DNA of 64,000 bases. It comes from Pelomyxa schiedti. Lineage: Eukaryota > Protista > Evosea. Within the stretch, counting starts at the first letter, position 1. Every line of letters begins with the position of its first letter. Under the pieces are notes generated by a model. That model saw nothing but the letters and a program-made list of their open reading frames with translations. It was not told where the DNA came from and did no database searches. Below are positions 63,812-64,000 of this stretch, in pieces. Where the stretch lies: NCBI GenBank assembly GCA_020536535.1, contig JAHLWZ010000830.1:30854-94853 (forward strand). The letters are read 5' to 3'. The position numbers and the translations under genes are program-made.

Positions 63812-63900
63812 GCGGACGAATATTCGTACTTCGAATAAATTCGATTTTTTTTGACTATTCGTCGAATGTCGAATGCCTCGTACTATTTGGTATTCGGTTC
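63812..63900. repeat. Cluster of CGAAT/ATTCG motifs, possible DNA-transposon subterminal remnant
   Basis: acgaatattcgt palindrome, ttcgaata, aattcga, tattcgtcgaatgtcgaat, tattcgg within 90 bp. Confidence 0.4.
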
Positions 63901-64000
63901 TTTTGTTGTTGTACGTGGGAAAGTGTCTGCCCACACTATTGGTGGGGGTAGATACAATTAATAGTTGCCTACATAAAGTGTTTGTACCTTGCGTGCCCCG

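Overview
Gene-dense, intron-rich eukaryotic DNA. Introns are mostly about 40-90 nt, which is why the six-frame ORF track is fragmented. Gene content and intron style suggest a protist, probably amoebozoan/archamoeba-like (inference only). About 20 genes can be assembled by eye: an atypical CLC anion transporter, an RRM protein, a ubiquitin-like/vWA fusion, RIC1, an EGF/CUB receptor TKL kinase, a thermolysin-like (M4) metallopeptidase, a small secreted Arg-rich peptide, a Q/P/G/M repeat protein, KDSR/TSC10, a DH-PH RhoGEF, a Cys-rich membrane protein, an Hsp70 pseudogene, a CotA/bilirubin-oxidase-type multicopper oxidase, SCYL1, a divergent Arf-like GTPase, DDX31/Dbp7, a Sel1-repeat protein, a MORN-RING protein, RPC11, a RluA-family pseudouridine synthase with a giant acidic insert, and a TPR-pseudokinase. 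Highlights: (i) a two-exon gene hidden from the ORF track that encodes a signal peptide plus a Cys-free 75-aa peptide of net charge about +21 (candidate antimicrobial peptide), lying next to a membrane-anchored bacterial-type M4 protease and a receptor kinase; (ii) a CLC lacking the gating and proton glutamates and the central Ser/Tyr; (iii) a 98-bp foldback inversion in the Hsp70 pseudogene whose mismatches look like CpG deamination, consistent with CpG-rich 5' gene ends. No rRNA, tRNA or CRISPR array was seen. Exon boundaries were read by eye and gene coordinates are approximate.
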